Source: Trichoplax sp. H2 (lineage: Eukaryota). From it: a stretch of 64,000 nucleotides of DNA. Of the stretch, positions 26,431 to 39,100 are shown piece by piece. The DNA is taken from the NCBI GenBank assembly GCA_003344405.1, contig NOWV01000117.1, positions 1 through 64,000 on the forward strand, given 5' to 3'. Within the stretch, counting starts at the first letter, position 1. Each line of letters opens with the position of its first letter. Made by a program: the position numbers and the translations under genes. Below the pieces are notes generated by a model. The model was not told the DNA's origin, made no database searches, and saw nothing but the letters and a program-made list of their open reading frames with translations.

Positions 26431-27346
26431 AAATTCTTGTGAGGTAGTTAAGGGATACTGAATCCCGGAGACTATAGTAATTTAGAGATTTGTTTTACGT
26501 TATCCTTGTCACGAAGCTGGTTTGTGACACAAACACAGATGATTTTTTTATTATAATCTTTCATTACTGCTTTATTCGGAATATTTAATACAAGAAAAAT
26601 CTATATTATTATTAACTATACAGATATAGTAGTTTTAGTAATTATAGTTATCATAATAAAATCTATGGGAAAATACCGATTTGATAAAGAAGAGAATTTT
26701 TTCACACCTCCTTAGCCAATTTACAAATACTGATTCATTATCACTCTAACTCTTTTACCATCAGTTTAATCAGGAAGATCAAAATATAGTAAAATTTCGA
26801 TTTTCGTATATGCTAGATAGGGTAGAGAATTTATGCAATCGTAGTTATCAGAATGATCTACCTACCGGGATGCCATGTCATAAATAGAAGAAATGGTTTT
26901 AATTTATTTTAAATTATTCTTTTATAATATGTGTGAATATGACACTAGAACTCAATTAATTCTATTCTCGATAAAATCTGAAAGTGAATTTTACATTTCT
27001 ACATCAATATTACTTTCTTTTACGTATAGTAATATCTATATGATGGATTTTTATACTATTATAATACAATCGATAGCTCAGACAAATAATGAAACAGTTT
27101 CTGTGGCCTATTAATGAACTAAAATAATGAAGAAAAGTTTGACATAAGTGACCGAGATTTATAGCAATTACCATAGCATTTATACTCATATACTTGTTCA
27201 AAGATGGGCTATTTACTTATAGAAACATTCTAATATAAGATCGATTTAAGAATTAACAAAAATAAATAATTTGGTTTATCTGGATCAAATATTTTTACGT
27301 TAATGTCTTTATAAGGTGCAGTTCAATGTAACACTTGTAGTAACGT

Positions 27347-30300
27347 TTACTTAATAGTAAAAACTTCGTAATCCTTAACGTAAAAGTTGTATGATCCCAT
27401 AAGTAGGTTAACAGAAGCATTTAGACCTTCAAATGAGTACGGAAAGTTCGAATACGACTGATCATTGCTATCACAATTCGATGCTATGCATAAATCTGCT
27501 CCTGCTCCAAAGGTTGGACCATAACTATCGTTATAATTAAAGATCAGATTTTAATCACGCTGTGCTACATGCCGAATACACCGCATTGTGTGGTATCTAA
27601 TAGCGATTACTTACTCTTCATCATACACTAATGCGTACTTTTCTTGCGTAATATCGAATCGACTTGGTGGCATGTCCTGTTGATTTGTTAATGTGAATAT
27701 AAATGCCCTACAAAAGTAAGGATATAAGATTTAAAAGTTGCACTACAATACATAATGCCGATAGAAAGAGTCATTTATTAACTTCACATCAGAAATTCAC
27801 TATACTGTACTTTGATGATCTTGTGTAGCTGCCAGATGCTCCTTTTCTGCTCCACGGTTGATCGCTAAAACCACCACATAGATTATCATCGGGCCCCTAG
27901 CAGAAACAAATGTAATGTTAGCGAAGTAATTGAATTTAAAATTTATAAAGAAAGTTTCACCAATATTAACCCGAATAAAATGACGCTATATGCAAATACG
28001 AACCCTAACAATTACGAACGTCGGATCAATATTATCGCAATATACATGAAATTGTCTTGCACTAAATCCATCGCGTGATGCACGAAATATAAGCTTCCAT
28101 TGCTGTAATTCATTGCCATACCTAAAATTATAGAATAATTTTGGGTTATATTAATTAGGTTTTACGGAAAAACTATGAGAATTTAGTACAACCAAGCATT
28201 CAAATTAGACAGCAAAGCTTACCATCCGTTTAAAATGCTTTGCAAGTATAAATTATCGCCACTTAAAAGGACTGATCCTGAAAATAGTGTCTTCATCTTT
28301 CTTGGTTGTAGGCGATTATCAGTAGCAGTATTGAAAGCAGCAGGTACAGCAGCAAAACGATATCTAGAAATAAAAATACGCTTACTATTAAAATCAATTG
28401 CTATCAGAATCATTCCACTGTAGGTTTATTGATACTTTACGAGCTTACCAGCCAAAAAATTTCAATGTTGCAATCATTAAATTTTAAGTAGGAATTAATT
28501 TATGGAATTCTAGATTGATATGTCTGAACAAATTGCAGGTACCGTACCGATACTATAAGTTCGATTTAATTTAGACGAGTATACATGGCATAGTAAAAGA
28601 GAAAAACGATAATGAATATAACCTTCAATTTAAATTAAAAACCCAATTGATAACTGTAATATGGACAAAATTAGAAAAGTAGGATGTATGAATGTAAAGT
28701 TGAAGCAACCATTTCGATATACCATACAAGACTAATATCTTTTAGGATGTTAAGTATACACATTTCCATTACCTTTCCAATGACAATTTCATCGGAACAG
28801 CACCAGTAGGTTCAATTTCTTGTGCATATACTTCGCTATCAATTAGCAATAATTTAATACAGTGGATCACCTTTGATAAATGCTGTTGGTAGCAGTCATT
28901 AAAAGATACCACATATTGAAAATAAAGTCATAGAAATATTTTATATGTACGATTATATTAGATTGGATTACTGGACGAATAGATCATTCATTTTTAATAG
29001 AAATAGAAAATGATGCCTATTTATGTCTTACATGCGATACAGCCATCTTTTCACTATCATTCCATGACTTGATTTGACCTGTTACATCAGCTTTATTTTT
29101 AGCCCAGCGTAATACTGATCTCCATATTTCCTCTTCAGATAACGCAAAATCATCCCTGCCTACTAATTCAATTAATGATTCATTGCTTAAGTGTAGGAAT
29201 GATTCAGTATTGGTTACATCTTCGGCATTTTCATCGATAAATGTTAGACAGCTTTTCTTGACCTCATTCACAGCCGGCCATTCTGGAATCAAGATAAATG
29301 ATAATATTTATACAGTGCTGGACCATCTATGAAGAAGGTTGTTGAATTATACCTCGTTACTAATTAAGTTTTTAACAGCTATATTATAAGCAACTATATG
29401 ATAAGACAAAATCACTATTTGAGTACAAATAATATTGAATGCATTGCCTAATTTGTTTACGTATGATAGATTTAAGTAGGGTTTGTTGTTTAATTTGAAT
29501 GATTATCCAAAAAATGTTGTTTTACCGCTATCATTGGATAAAATAATATCCCTGATCACCATATAGTAGCTAATAGCATTGTCAATAGTTCTTTGAGAGT
29601 TAATTTGATCAACACAAGCACTTTGCAGGCTAGCGATGCCAAAATCGTCAGCTATCGCCAAGATTGGAAAGACTTTGGAGCTATCTAGGTTAATCTGTTA
29701 AAAAAATTATAGAAATGATGGTTGATGAATGATAATCAGTTCTATTATAAAGAAACTAATGTATAACTACTTATCAAACATAGAGGTTACAGCCAGATGG
29801 ATAGCTTAATTTAAATTTTGTTCATTCACAATAAAGTGATATAATTTACAAAGTTTAGAGAATAGAATTTTCTACTGCACGCCTTCAACGAGTGTTTACT
29901 GTAGTTTATTGCAAAGATAATTTAGATGTTATGCCAAGAAGGTGTTATAAGTATGTTTTACTGTCCAAGAAAATCTGCCGATAACAGCTTAGAAGATAAA
30001 TTGAAACTCGTAATTAATTCAGTTTGAATAAGACTATTACAGGCCACTAAGGTTTAGAAGTGTGTTAACATATGAAAACAAGCGTAGATTTAGATCTTGA
30101 TGTACTTACTACGGACGATTATAAATAGTGATCGCTATTTTTATAAAGAACTCAATTCAAATAATGCTCTGATATGAGGCAATAACTCTCAGAAGGCGTA
30201 AAAATAGAATGAATTTCGATAATTTTCTTAAATCCAGTGATGATCGTATGCGACAATTACTAAGAACTGAAGTTTTATAAGGTCTACTGAACTTTTGTTA

Positions 30301-32160
30301 GGTCTATCAAACTTGTATAAGGTCTACCTAAGCAAAGCTATAGCATTTTGATATCGTGTTTTGAAATGATCAGTCCATGAGAAAATTAATCAATCCTTTT
30401 TAACCCCCAAAATAAGTCTAGATAAATTGATTCATTAGTATAGAATATGAGGGCTGTGGTAATAAAATATCCTAAACTAAGGATAGTCATTACTCCTAGT
30501 AAATTTTTTTTTTAAATAACGTACACAAGACACGAGAATAAGATTCGCCAGCAGTTAGCGAGTAACCTGATTGATCTAATCATAAGCGAGAATCATCCTG
30601 AATTAATTGCTCCACTAGTACACTACTGTAGAATTAATCAATAAGAATATTGGCAGGGTAAAGATTTCCCTGAAGAGAAAAGCCGAACCAGACATTCTAT
30701 AGAAAGATTCTTAATAAGTAATGATAAGTTAAGTTATAGCTTATCGAATTTGTGCATGTTATCTGAATGGGTACCATTTACTATGTAACGTAAGTGTAAA
30801 AGTGATCCCCGTTGTATATGAATATTTGAAATAAATAGGAGTAATAGCCCTGCTGGAGAAAGAAGAAGGATAATCCTATTGGTAGATAAAAAGGGTCTGT
30901 AGTCGGTTCATTTATTCATCAGATGTAAGACCACTAACGGTACTAAATTGATCAAGGATTCTAAATATTTCAGTTCCGTAAGAGACTTAATTGATTGAAT
31001 TATTAACTAAACTAAGTCCTTTTTTGAGGGTCTGAAGAAGAAAAGATATGAAAAAGGATAGAATCAAACTATACACAGGTATCAGCAAACTCATTATTGT
31101 TTAAAACCGCAAGAGTAAAGCACGCTAAATATAGGTTGATATGAAATCACTGCTATTAATTATTACTCATGGTGTTAGGAGAAACGCTTTATTAGCATTG
31201 ATGTTGCTGCTATCAATATCAATATGAATATTAATGTAGACGTAAACAATCTCTCTCTGAAACTGGTATATAAAGTATTTGGATAAAACGTTTTCATTTC
31301 TAGTATTTCATGTCTATCAGTATTGAAAGTTGTAACTGAGGGGGGTAATTGGTTATTTTGGCATCTATTCTCTTTTTTCTCTGCCTTTTTACCGCCATAC
31401 CTTGTAAAAAAACTTCTATCATAGCAGGAGCTGTTGGTAGCAGTGATTGCAGTTATTATTTGATTTCTCTTACTAGAATCACGATTTTCTACTAGACCAA
31501 AAAGATACAAGTATTTGGAACAAACGATAATTGATTTGATTGATGATGACTAAGTCAATTAATGGATTTAATGGATGACTTGAACGGGTGAAAAGAAAGG
31601 AATCGTAGACTTGAAGAAGTTAACTACCGTCATTCATTGAATAATATTACAAATATTCCTATCAAGAGGATCAAATCAAGAGCGATACCGATTTCGTAAG
31701 CTAAGAGTGATGATGACTCCCTAGCTAAAGTATTTTTCTAGCCGTACTTATCCCTATCATGATATTGACTATGAGTGTAGGTGTCATGTTGATCAACCAA
31801 TCAACTTACCTTGCCAATATATAAATAATCGACAACTTGTTGGAAATATTGGGCATTGAGATAGGGTTTGTTAATGATAGCAGGCGATTGACAGCCATGC
31901 GATTGAGATAGAATGGAGGGATGTTGATTTCGAAAGCCTTTACATCGTGCCCAAATGATCAATCGATGGGTATAAAATGGTGTCTTATTCTCGCCGACAT
32001 AAATAATTAAATCGGTCGATTGACGATCATCAATTAAATGACTTAAATCAGTAATTAAATTAGTCAAGCCAGCTTGTGATTCTTCTAATTGGGGTAATTC
32101 TTCAATTGGTTCTAATGTGCAATACTTGGGAGAGCCCATATTATTGTTGTTTAACGCCAT
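27347..32160 (-). CDS. BTB/POZ-BACK-TLDc domain protein, ~9-10 exons
   Basis: BTB: DLSHLIDDRQSTDLIIYVGENKTPFYTHRLIIWARC..VVDYLYIGK. BACK: CLTFIDENAEDVTNTESFLHLSNESLIELVGRDD..EEEIWRSVLRWAK. TLDc: WKLIFRASRDGFSARQFHVYCD, ICGGF, AFIFTL, YGPTFGAGADLCI, FYVKDYEVF. Start uncertain (see finding at 32194-32380). Confidence 0.88.
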
Positions 32161-32285
32161 TTTCAAGTACAAGAAGGGGAAAGAAATTACGGCCACTTAC
32201 ACATGAAATCAACAATGAAATTGACCACCGAGTTAAATGACTTTCTACGTTGGTCTCTCTCGTCCACAAAGTCAACACTCGTCTA

Positions 32286-32294
32286 TCACGTGAC
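32286..32294 (-). promoter_or_regulatory. CLEAR-like E-box (GTCACGTGA) in a CpG-rich segment upstream of the BTB-TLDc gene
   Basis: tcacgtgac at 32286-32294, 9/10 match to GTCACGTGAC. Further CANNTG boxes near 32200, 32354 and 32371. Confidence 0.35.
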
Positions 32295-32682
32295 GATAAT
32301 GGACCATCATCATCTGTCTCGCATCGCATCAGTCATTAGTGCTAGACACATCACAGCTGACTCCCAGATCACACCTGACGTTTATTAATTGTTGTCGCGA
32401 CCGTTATGACCGTTAGTGAGTGTTGTAACGGTTTTGTCTACAATGGGTTATCGCGTCGTATCGCTGCGGTTGAGTCGACTGCTGTTGACGCTCCATTGTT
32501 GTATCTCCACGGACTTGTTTTCTTCTAGTAGTCTACGACTGTATCGTACAACAGTGACGATCATATACTATCCTAGCAATAGTTGTGTTACGGCCAAGAC
32601 GCGTATTGGCCGAATATAGCACGATACGAACGGTGACGTTCGGTTAGACTATTTGACTTGATGACTACGGTGACGGTACCAC

Positions 32683-32765
32683 GGCTTCACACACTTTTGT
32701 GTGTCACTATCCAATACGGTGCATGGTTTCATACACTTTCGTGTGTCACTATCCAATACGTGCAA
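32683..32765. repeat. 2-copy ~41-bp tandem repeat
   Basis: ggyttcayacactttygtgtgtcactatccaatacg(g)tgca occurs twice. Confidence 0.9.
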
Positions 32766-32867
32766 CTTTACTGTGTCATAGTAAGTTTATAGCCCACTAA
32801 GATCGAATTTAATCACGTAAATACACCATAGCAACCTTCGATATATGTTATATATATATATATAACA

Positions 32868-33296
32868 TAACTAATTAATCGATCCATGGCAGCCTAATAA
32901 TTGTAAGTTGACAACGCAATAACATGGACTACTAGATGTAACTACTAGATGTAATTTAATAGTCCATGACACTAAATTTAGGTAATATTAAGTTAAATCG
33001 AGTAAATATACTATAGGCAATGTAAAAATCCGGGCAGTGTATATATAATACTAATTAACCGATCCCTGGCTGCCTAATAGTAAGTTTATAACGCAATAAT
33101 ACGGACTACTAGATGTGATCTAGTAGTCCATGACACTAAATTTAGGTAGTATTAAATTAAATCAAGTCAATATACTATAGCAATCTTAGGTGTATATAAC
33201 ATGGACTACTAGATGTAATTTAGTAGTCCATGACACTACATTTAGGTAATATTAAATTAAATCAAGTCAATATACTGCAGCAATCTTAGGTGTATA
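32868..33296. repeat. Three-copy tandem array carrying a GGACTACTAGAT/ATCTAGTAGTCC palindrome
   Basis: Hairpin units near 32923, 33103 and 33200, each followed by tgacacta(a/c)atttaggta(a/g)tattaa. Confidence 0.9.
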
Positions 33297-34375
33297 TTAT
33301 ATACGTAGAATACTAAATAAATGATTTCGTGTACTTGTACTTTTTTACTTTACGCTACTAAGATTCCCGTTTAAATAATTTGTACGGGTAATATTCTACA
33401 CAAAACAATACAATCAAAGAAAATTTACAGCCAAATTATTTCTTACTACCTACCAAGCATATTGATGACTGTTTATGCTAATGCATCGTATTAATGCACA
33501 ATCTACACCATAGAGAGCGTAGTAGATAATTGATACGTGACACCATACCATATTGCACTGCTGGATGTGGGCTACATTAACTATACTAGCTAAAAGGGCA
33601 ATTGGACTGATCATTTTGGTGTTCTACAACATTTGTAACATTATAGTGTCCTGTAAGCAGCCAACTTACTACTTTAGTCAAGGACTATTCGTCTAGGACC
33701 ACGAGTAGTCCTTGACTCAGTACAGTCAGTTGTACAGTGCAGTTTACATTATTATCGTTGCAGTTTTGTACAGCAAATAGATCCGATGATACGGTTCACG
33801 GACTAATGATATATTAAGTTATTTATTATCATGGTATACGTAAAAAAGAGACAATTATGCTATGTAGGGAAGCTAATTCTTAATCATTCCATCTTACTCT
33901 AACACACGGTAATAATTTTCGGTGCTCTTTTAAGAATTTCAACTTTCGTTCTAAACTCACGGCTAGTACAAAAACTACTGGAAAACAAGAATCTTTATTC
34001 TTACCAGTCCTTAACTAGTAGAAGCTTTATAGTCGCAGAATATGTTCGACGTTCAAGAGCAGTGCCAAATAGCAAAGTAATAAGGAGCTGCTCTATTACA
34101 TTGTAATTATTATACTATCGATACGTTTCATTGAGATGGATCCGTATGATACAGTAATCCTATTTCCAATATGGATAGAGTTGTGAAACTCTCTCGTTCT
34201 TTCACATGGTAGAAGAGTCAATTATCTTATTCAACTCAAGCAAAGTATGCATCGTGAGCTCGAATTTCTGCCACACTGAGTAATGACACAGAATTCTATC
34301 TGATATGACTATGTGCTGAGCATAACCGGGCGAATAGAGATTCTAGAGGGAGACTCCGATGATAATAAGTGAGGT

Positions 34376-34580
34376 GGCGGTGCTAGGCCTAAGGAGACTA
34401 GTGATATCAAAGAGAAAATGACTAAATTATTTTTGGCGTTAAGATAGTCGGTGCTAGACCTAAGGGTACTAGTGATGTCGAAGAGAAAGAGATTAATTTT
34501 TGGCATTAAGATAGTCGGCGCTAGGCCTAACGGGACCACTGACGTCAAAGAGATTGCTTTTACACGTTAGGATAGTCCTA
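34376..34580. repeat. 3-copy ~69-bp minisatellite
   Basis: cgg(t/c)gctag(g/a)cctaa..ac..tga.(a/g)tc.aagaga...ttt..c.tta.gatagtc repeated three times. Confidence 0.85.
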
Positions 34581-36188
34581 TGCTATTAAGTTAAACGATT
34601 AATCAATTGTAACTGAAATCGAGAAGATTTCTTATGCATACTAGTAAATTACCCCTTCAAATAAACGGAAACATAATCTGCATAAAGCAATACATTAACA
34701 GAAAACTCAGAGCTAGTTTATCTTAATATACTGTAAGCTTCCTAAAGATGAGCAACCGGCACGGTACCAAGATAGAATTAATACAACCGAGATCGGTAAA
34801 GATTTCTTCTTTCTACTGCAGTAAACTAGTACAATATGGCTTATGGCTTAAAACGAAGAATGCGTAACAGGCAAAGCGCCTAAGCTACTAGATGACAGTA
34901 ATCCTTCACCGACACCAAGTATGACTATAACGTATACCAGTATTCTATAAAAATCCACTTCATTTTAGCCTTTCTAATCCTATATTAATTATGCATCTTG
35001 ACTCCATTGATATAAACTTATCAAATTTATGATCATTCGACTTTCTTATGAATATATTTATAGTATTCGATCCATTATAGTTATCTCGAGGGATAAAGAT
35101 AATCACAGACCAATAGCACATACCTAACTCAATACAAGAGCCTCTTGGGCCCTAGTATTCAATATTGGACAACAACTATTTAAATACAACAAAATGCCAT
35201 CGCTGTATTGATGATGGTTGTGAGAAAATAATTCATACATGGTAAAATGGGGAAACACAACTCCACTAATCCCAAGCTCTATTAGACATGAAATGAATCC
35301 GTATTCATGAAATACATCATTAAATAGATCAATAAGGATTTATTCATCTATATTCTAATAAATTATATTGAAATAATGACACTCTTTGAATAGGGCAATA
35401 TTACATATTGCAAATATTCTACAGTCAATTGGACATCTCTATACAGTACACGATATAAATCATCCATGGTAAATTAGCATAAAATAAAATACACATTTTG
35501 CTTGTAATTTGAATGAGTCACACAAGGTAATGGCCGTGAAAGAAAGACATTGCAAACCTAATTACAACATCTAATTTAGGAAATGAAAGACGATTAAATT
35601 CCATTACTATCACCTAATAGAAAGAACCAGCATAGTAAAATGGGGACAATTCCACTAATAGCTAATTCGCTATGATGAATTTGCTTGGAAAAGGACTAAT
35701 AGTTTACAATCAGTGACACAAATTAGACAGAAAAGGCAATAGTCTCTGCTGCACATACTTCAAGAATTGCATATGAAATAATACAGTAAATTCCGTTCAT
35801 ATCTGCTAGAGGGCACTATTTCAGTTAAGCTAGTCTATCCGTAAAATAGTTCAATAGCATCGAAACAGAATTCTAAAAATGGGATGGAATGTCAACTATC
35901 CTACCGATTAGGATTTGGATTCTATATTCTCGTTATTACAAATTTATACAGTATATAGAAATCACTCGTATATTATTTTTGTGATACCGATAATTTTCAT
36001 AATTGGCCATTACGTATAATACAAGAAAATTATCCCACAATATGACATTAGCTATCCTTCTATTCTTTCTAAAAACATCAGATACAGGTAAGTTCTAATT
36101 TGGTACAGTTCTAGAAATCAAACTACTTGATAAAAGTTGAAATTTCTTGACATATTTTGGTAGCCAATAAAAAGTATTCAGAATTCCT

Positions 36189-39100
36189 TTAGCCAGCAAG
36201 ATCGACAGGTTGATTACTATTATTTGGATTGGATATGGACATTTTAGCCAGTTCCAATTCTTTCTCCTGTAATAGCGTAACAGAAATGGATTACATCATA
36301 ATAGTCGTAGATGCGTAAATGGAACAGAATCTGCAGTAGCAGCTAAATTATTAAAAAACCCCAGCATTATCACCTAATAACTATCAAGATTGATTAAACA
36401 TATTATCTGAAATCAACTTTGTAAAATATTAATCAACATAATATCATGCCTTTAGCTGCTCTTGTAATGTTTGCAATTTATTTTCATATTGTCGCTGGAT
36501 AGACTGCTCAACAGCTTTCTTGACCTAATGTTGCAGTAATATCATATAACGTTATACTACAATGTTAGTATTGATACAAAAATAGGATAAAGTAGATCAT
36601 TTAATCTTGCATAAGATATCAAGAAAACTAGCATTTCAAATATCACTACATCATGAAAGTCATTATATTTTGTAATGTTCTAATATTGGCAGTAACAGTT
36701 ATGCCTTCAAACCTGTTGTAAAGAATGAGTTAGCTGATGCTTAATTTGCCCTCTTTCCAGTTCTAGTGTTTTCTTAAGTAAATGCAATTCGCTCTGTAGC
36801 TCTTTCGATAGTGGTGCGCGATGATTAATCGCCTCATCTTGATCAAAGACTTCATCAAGGATCTCATGACTGCTAATGTCATCATATGGAGGTAAAATTA
36901 GATCGTTGCCATCTTCGTGATGCTGGCTTTCTTCTTCTTGTAACTTAGAATAGATTTTCTCTAAATTCTCTTCCATAATTTGTTGGTCTTGCAGCAAATT
37001 AAGCATCTATTCATTTTAGAGTAGAATAAAGATTTCTTAGTTCCCTTTTTAAATGATCATACTTTATCACATTATAGAGCTGTATAAATCTAATGATCAA
37101 ATTACCTTCTGACTTAAGGCTAAACCAATATCATATCGATAGTGATTTTCGTGTGTAAAAAACTATAGGCAGTAGAGAAAGGGACAATTGTTGGAATTGA
37201 ACTATTAAAGGTATCTCAGAAACTGATACAGTATATGAGCTAGCTATATTAATGATTATTGAAGTTATAATTATGGAAATCCCAACTGTAAATCTATTTA
37301 TCTTATATTGAATTTGCCTTTTTGTCATTTTCTTTCATAATGGCTAATTTCTTTTTATGTAAATTAAATTCCAAGTCTTCAATTTCCAGCATAATTTCTC
37401 TTCGTAATACCAGTAATGACTCGATATCATTTCTAAAATGTGGATAGACTTGATTAGATAAATCAAAAAATAAACATCACCAGCAATATAACTGAGATGT
37501 GGCGTAACAATATGCTACACGACAGCTCTGCAAGGAAATTAATAGTCCATCTATAATCACACTGCCACCCGCATACAGAATTGCGTTCATCATGATTTAG
37601 CTACGCTAATTCAGCAATTCGAATCAGCAATTTGAAATCAATCACTTTTTTATAGACAAATGAGATCTCACACCACAGCAATAGACCGTATTGTACTATA
37701 GATCCTTTAATTTTGCAGCGATAGAGAAAGTCTCATTCATTATTATAAAAATACATAATTTACCTTAATTTACTATCCTTCTTAAATTTATCTATATATT
37801 GTTTAGTGCTGTCGGCAATATTATTTTGCTCTTCTTTATAAACGTTCAATGCTTCTTCAAGCATTGCAATCTCTTCAAAGGCTCTCTGTATAATAAATAT
37901 CATCCATTTTTAAGTTGATCGATCAAGAAATTCTGCTATTCATATCATTTTACAAAGTGGAATCATTGGTAGGATAACGTTGTGTATATATAATAGTGAA
38001 AACCTACTTCTTTCCCTTCAGAAAGCACAGACTCGTTCGATCGCTTATCAAAGACATCATCGGATGCGGTATCGAAATAAAGGCTGGCACTACTTAATGT
38101 CTACATAAAAATTATAAAGATAAATGGTCGTTGGATATTTTTACCTTCGTCATGTAACTAACAATGTATTAACAATGGCTCCCCTGCACCATCGCTTCAC
38201 GATATTATAGTTACTACAGATGAGAAAATCAATTTAGAAAGGTTTTATTAAAGGTTTTATTACACACTTACAGCTAGGGATCGATCAACCGGTATTTTTC
38301 GTTTCTGTCTATGCATTACGGCATTTTCTTGAGAAGAATTACCATCTTCAGGTGTATCTGCGTTTCATTGCATTGAAGAAATTATAGCAGATACCAGTTT
38401 AGATGCTATAAGATATCTCAATCTTCGTCTTCATACAACACATTTTAAACTGAACTACACCTTTCTTATTTACTTTAATCCATCTGAGACACTTATTACT
38501 ATCGTATTGAATATTTAACTGTAGTAAAATCGATAGATAAGCGACTTTGCAGGGTTACGTCTGTAAAATTGTACCGATATAATAGAAAAAGGGATCAACT
38601 ATTTACTATTCGATCAATCTCACCTTTAATTTCCCTACTTTCAGGCCAAGCTACCGACTTTTCTTTATTTACTGCAGGCTTATCCAAGTTATTATCTTCT
38701 ACCTTCGCCCCTTGCTTACTTTCAGCCACTTCTTGTGTAATATACTATACGAATATAATGTATTTAATATCAAGATTACTACCTGTGCTGATGATAACCG
38801 ATGCAACGTGGCAGATATTTAAAATAGCGTATCGAAATTTTCTATATGACTGACCTCTGGATTGCATACCGCATGTGATCTCGTCAATAGGCCACGTTTA
38901 CAAGGTGCATCATCAATAGAATGCTTTGAATTAGATGGGTTATCATTACGTTGAATATTTTCAGATAGTAATTTGATTTGATCATTTAGCGATGCCGATG
39001 AAAGTCGTCTCCTTCGCCCATCGCTACTCTTCGATGTCATCGATGTTTTTCGACTTATTGTTACAGTTTCTATTTCACTATTATGATCATCATAATCTGA

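Noticed and set aside
31175-31510. 111-aa ORF inside intron 1 of the BTB-TLDc gene
   Set aside because: No recognisable domain, non-ATG start, low-complexity composition.
32868-33296. CRISPR-like repeat array
   Set aside because: Eukaryotic context, the intervening sequences are themselves repeated, and no cas genes are present.
34309-34548. 79-aa ORF with repeated LGLAP
   Set aside because: Translation artefact of the ~69-bp minisatellite.
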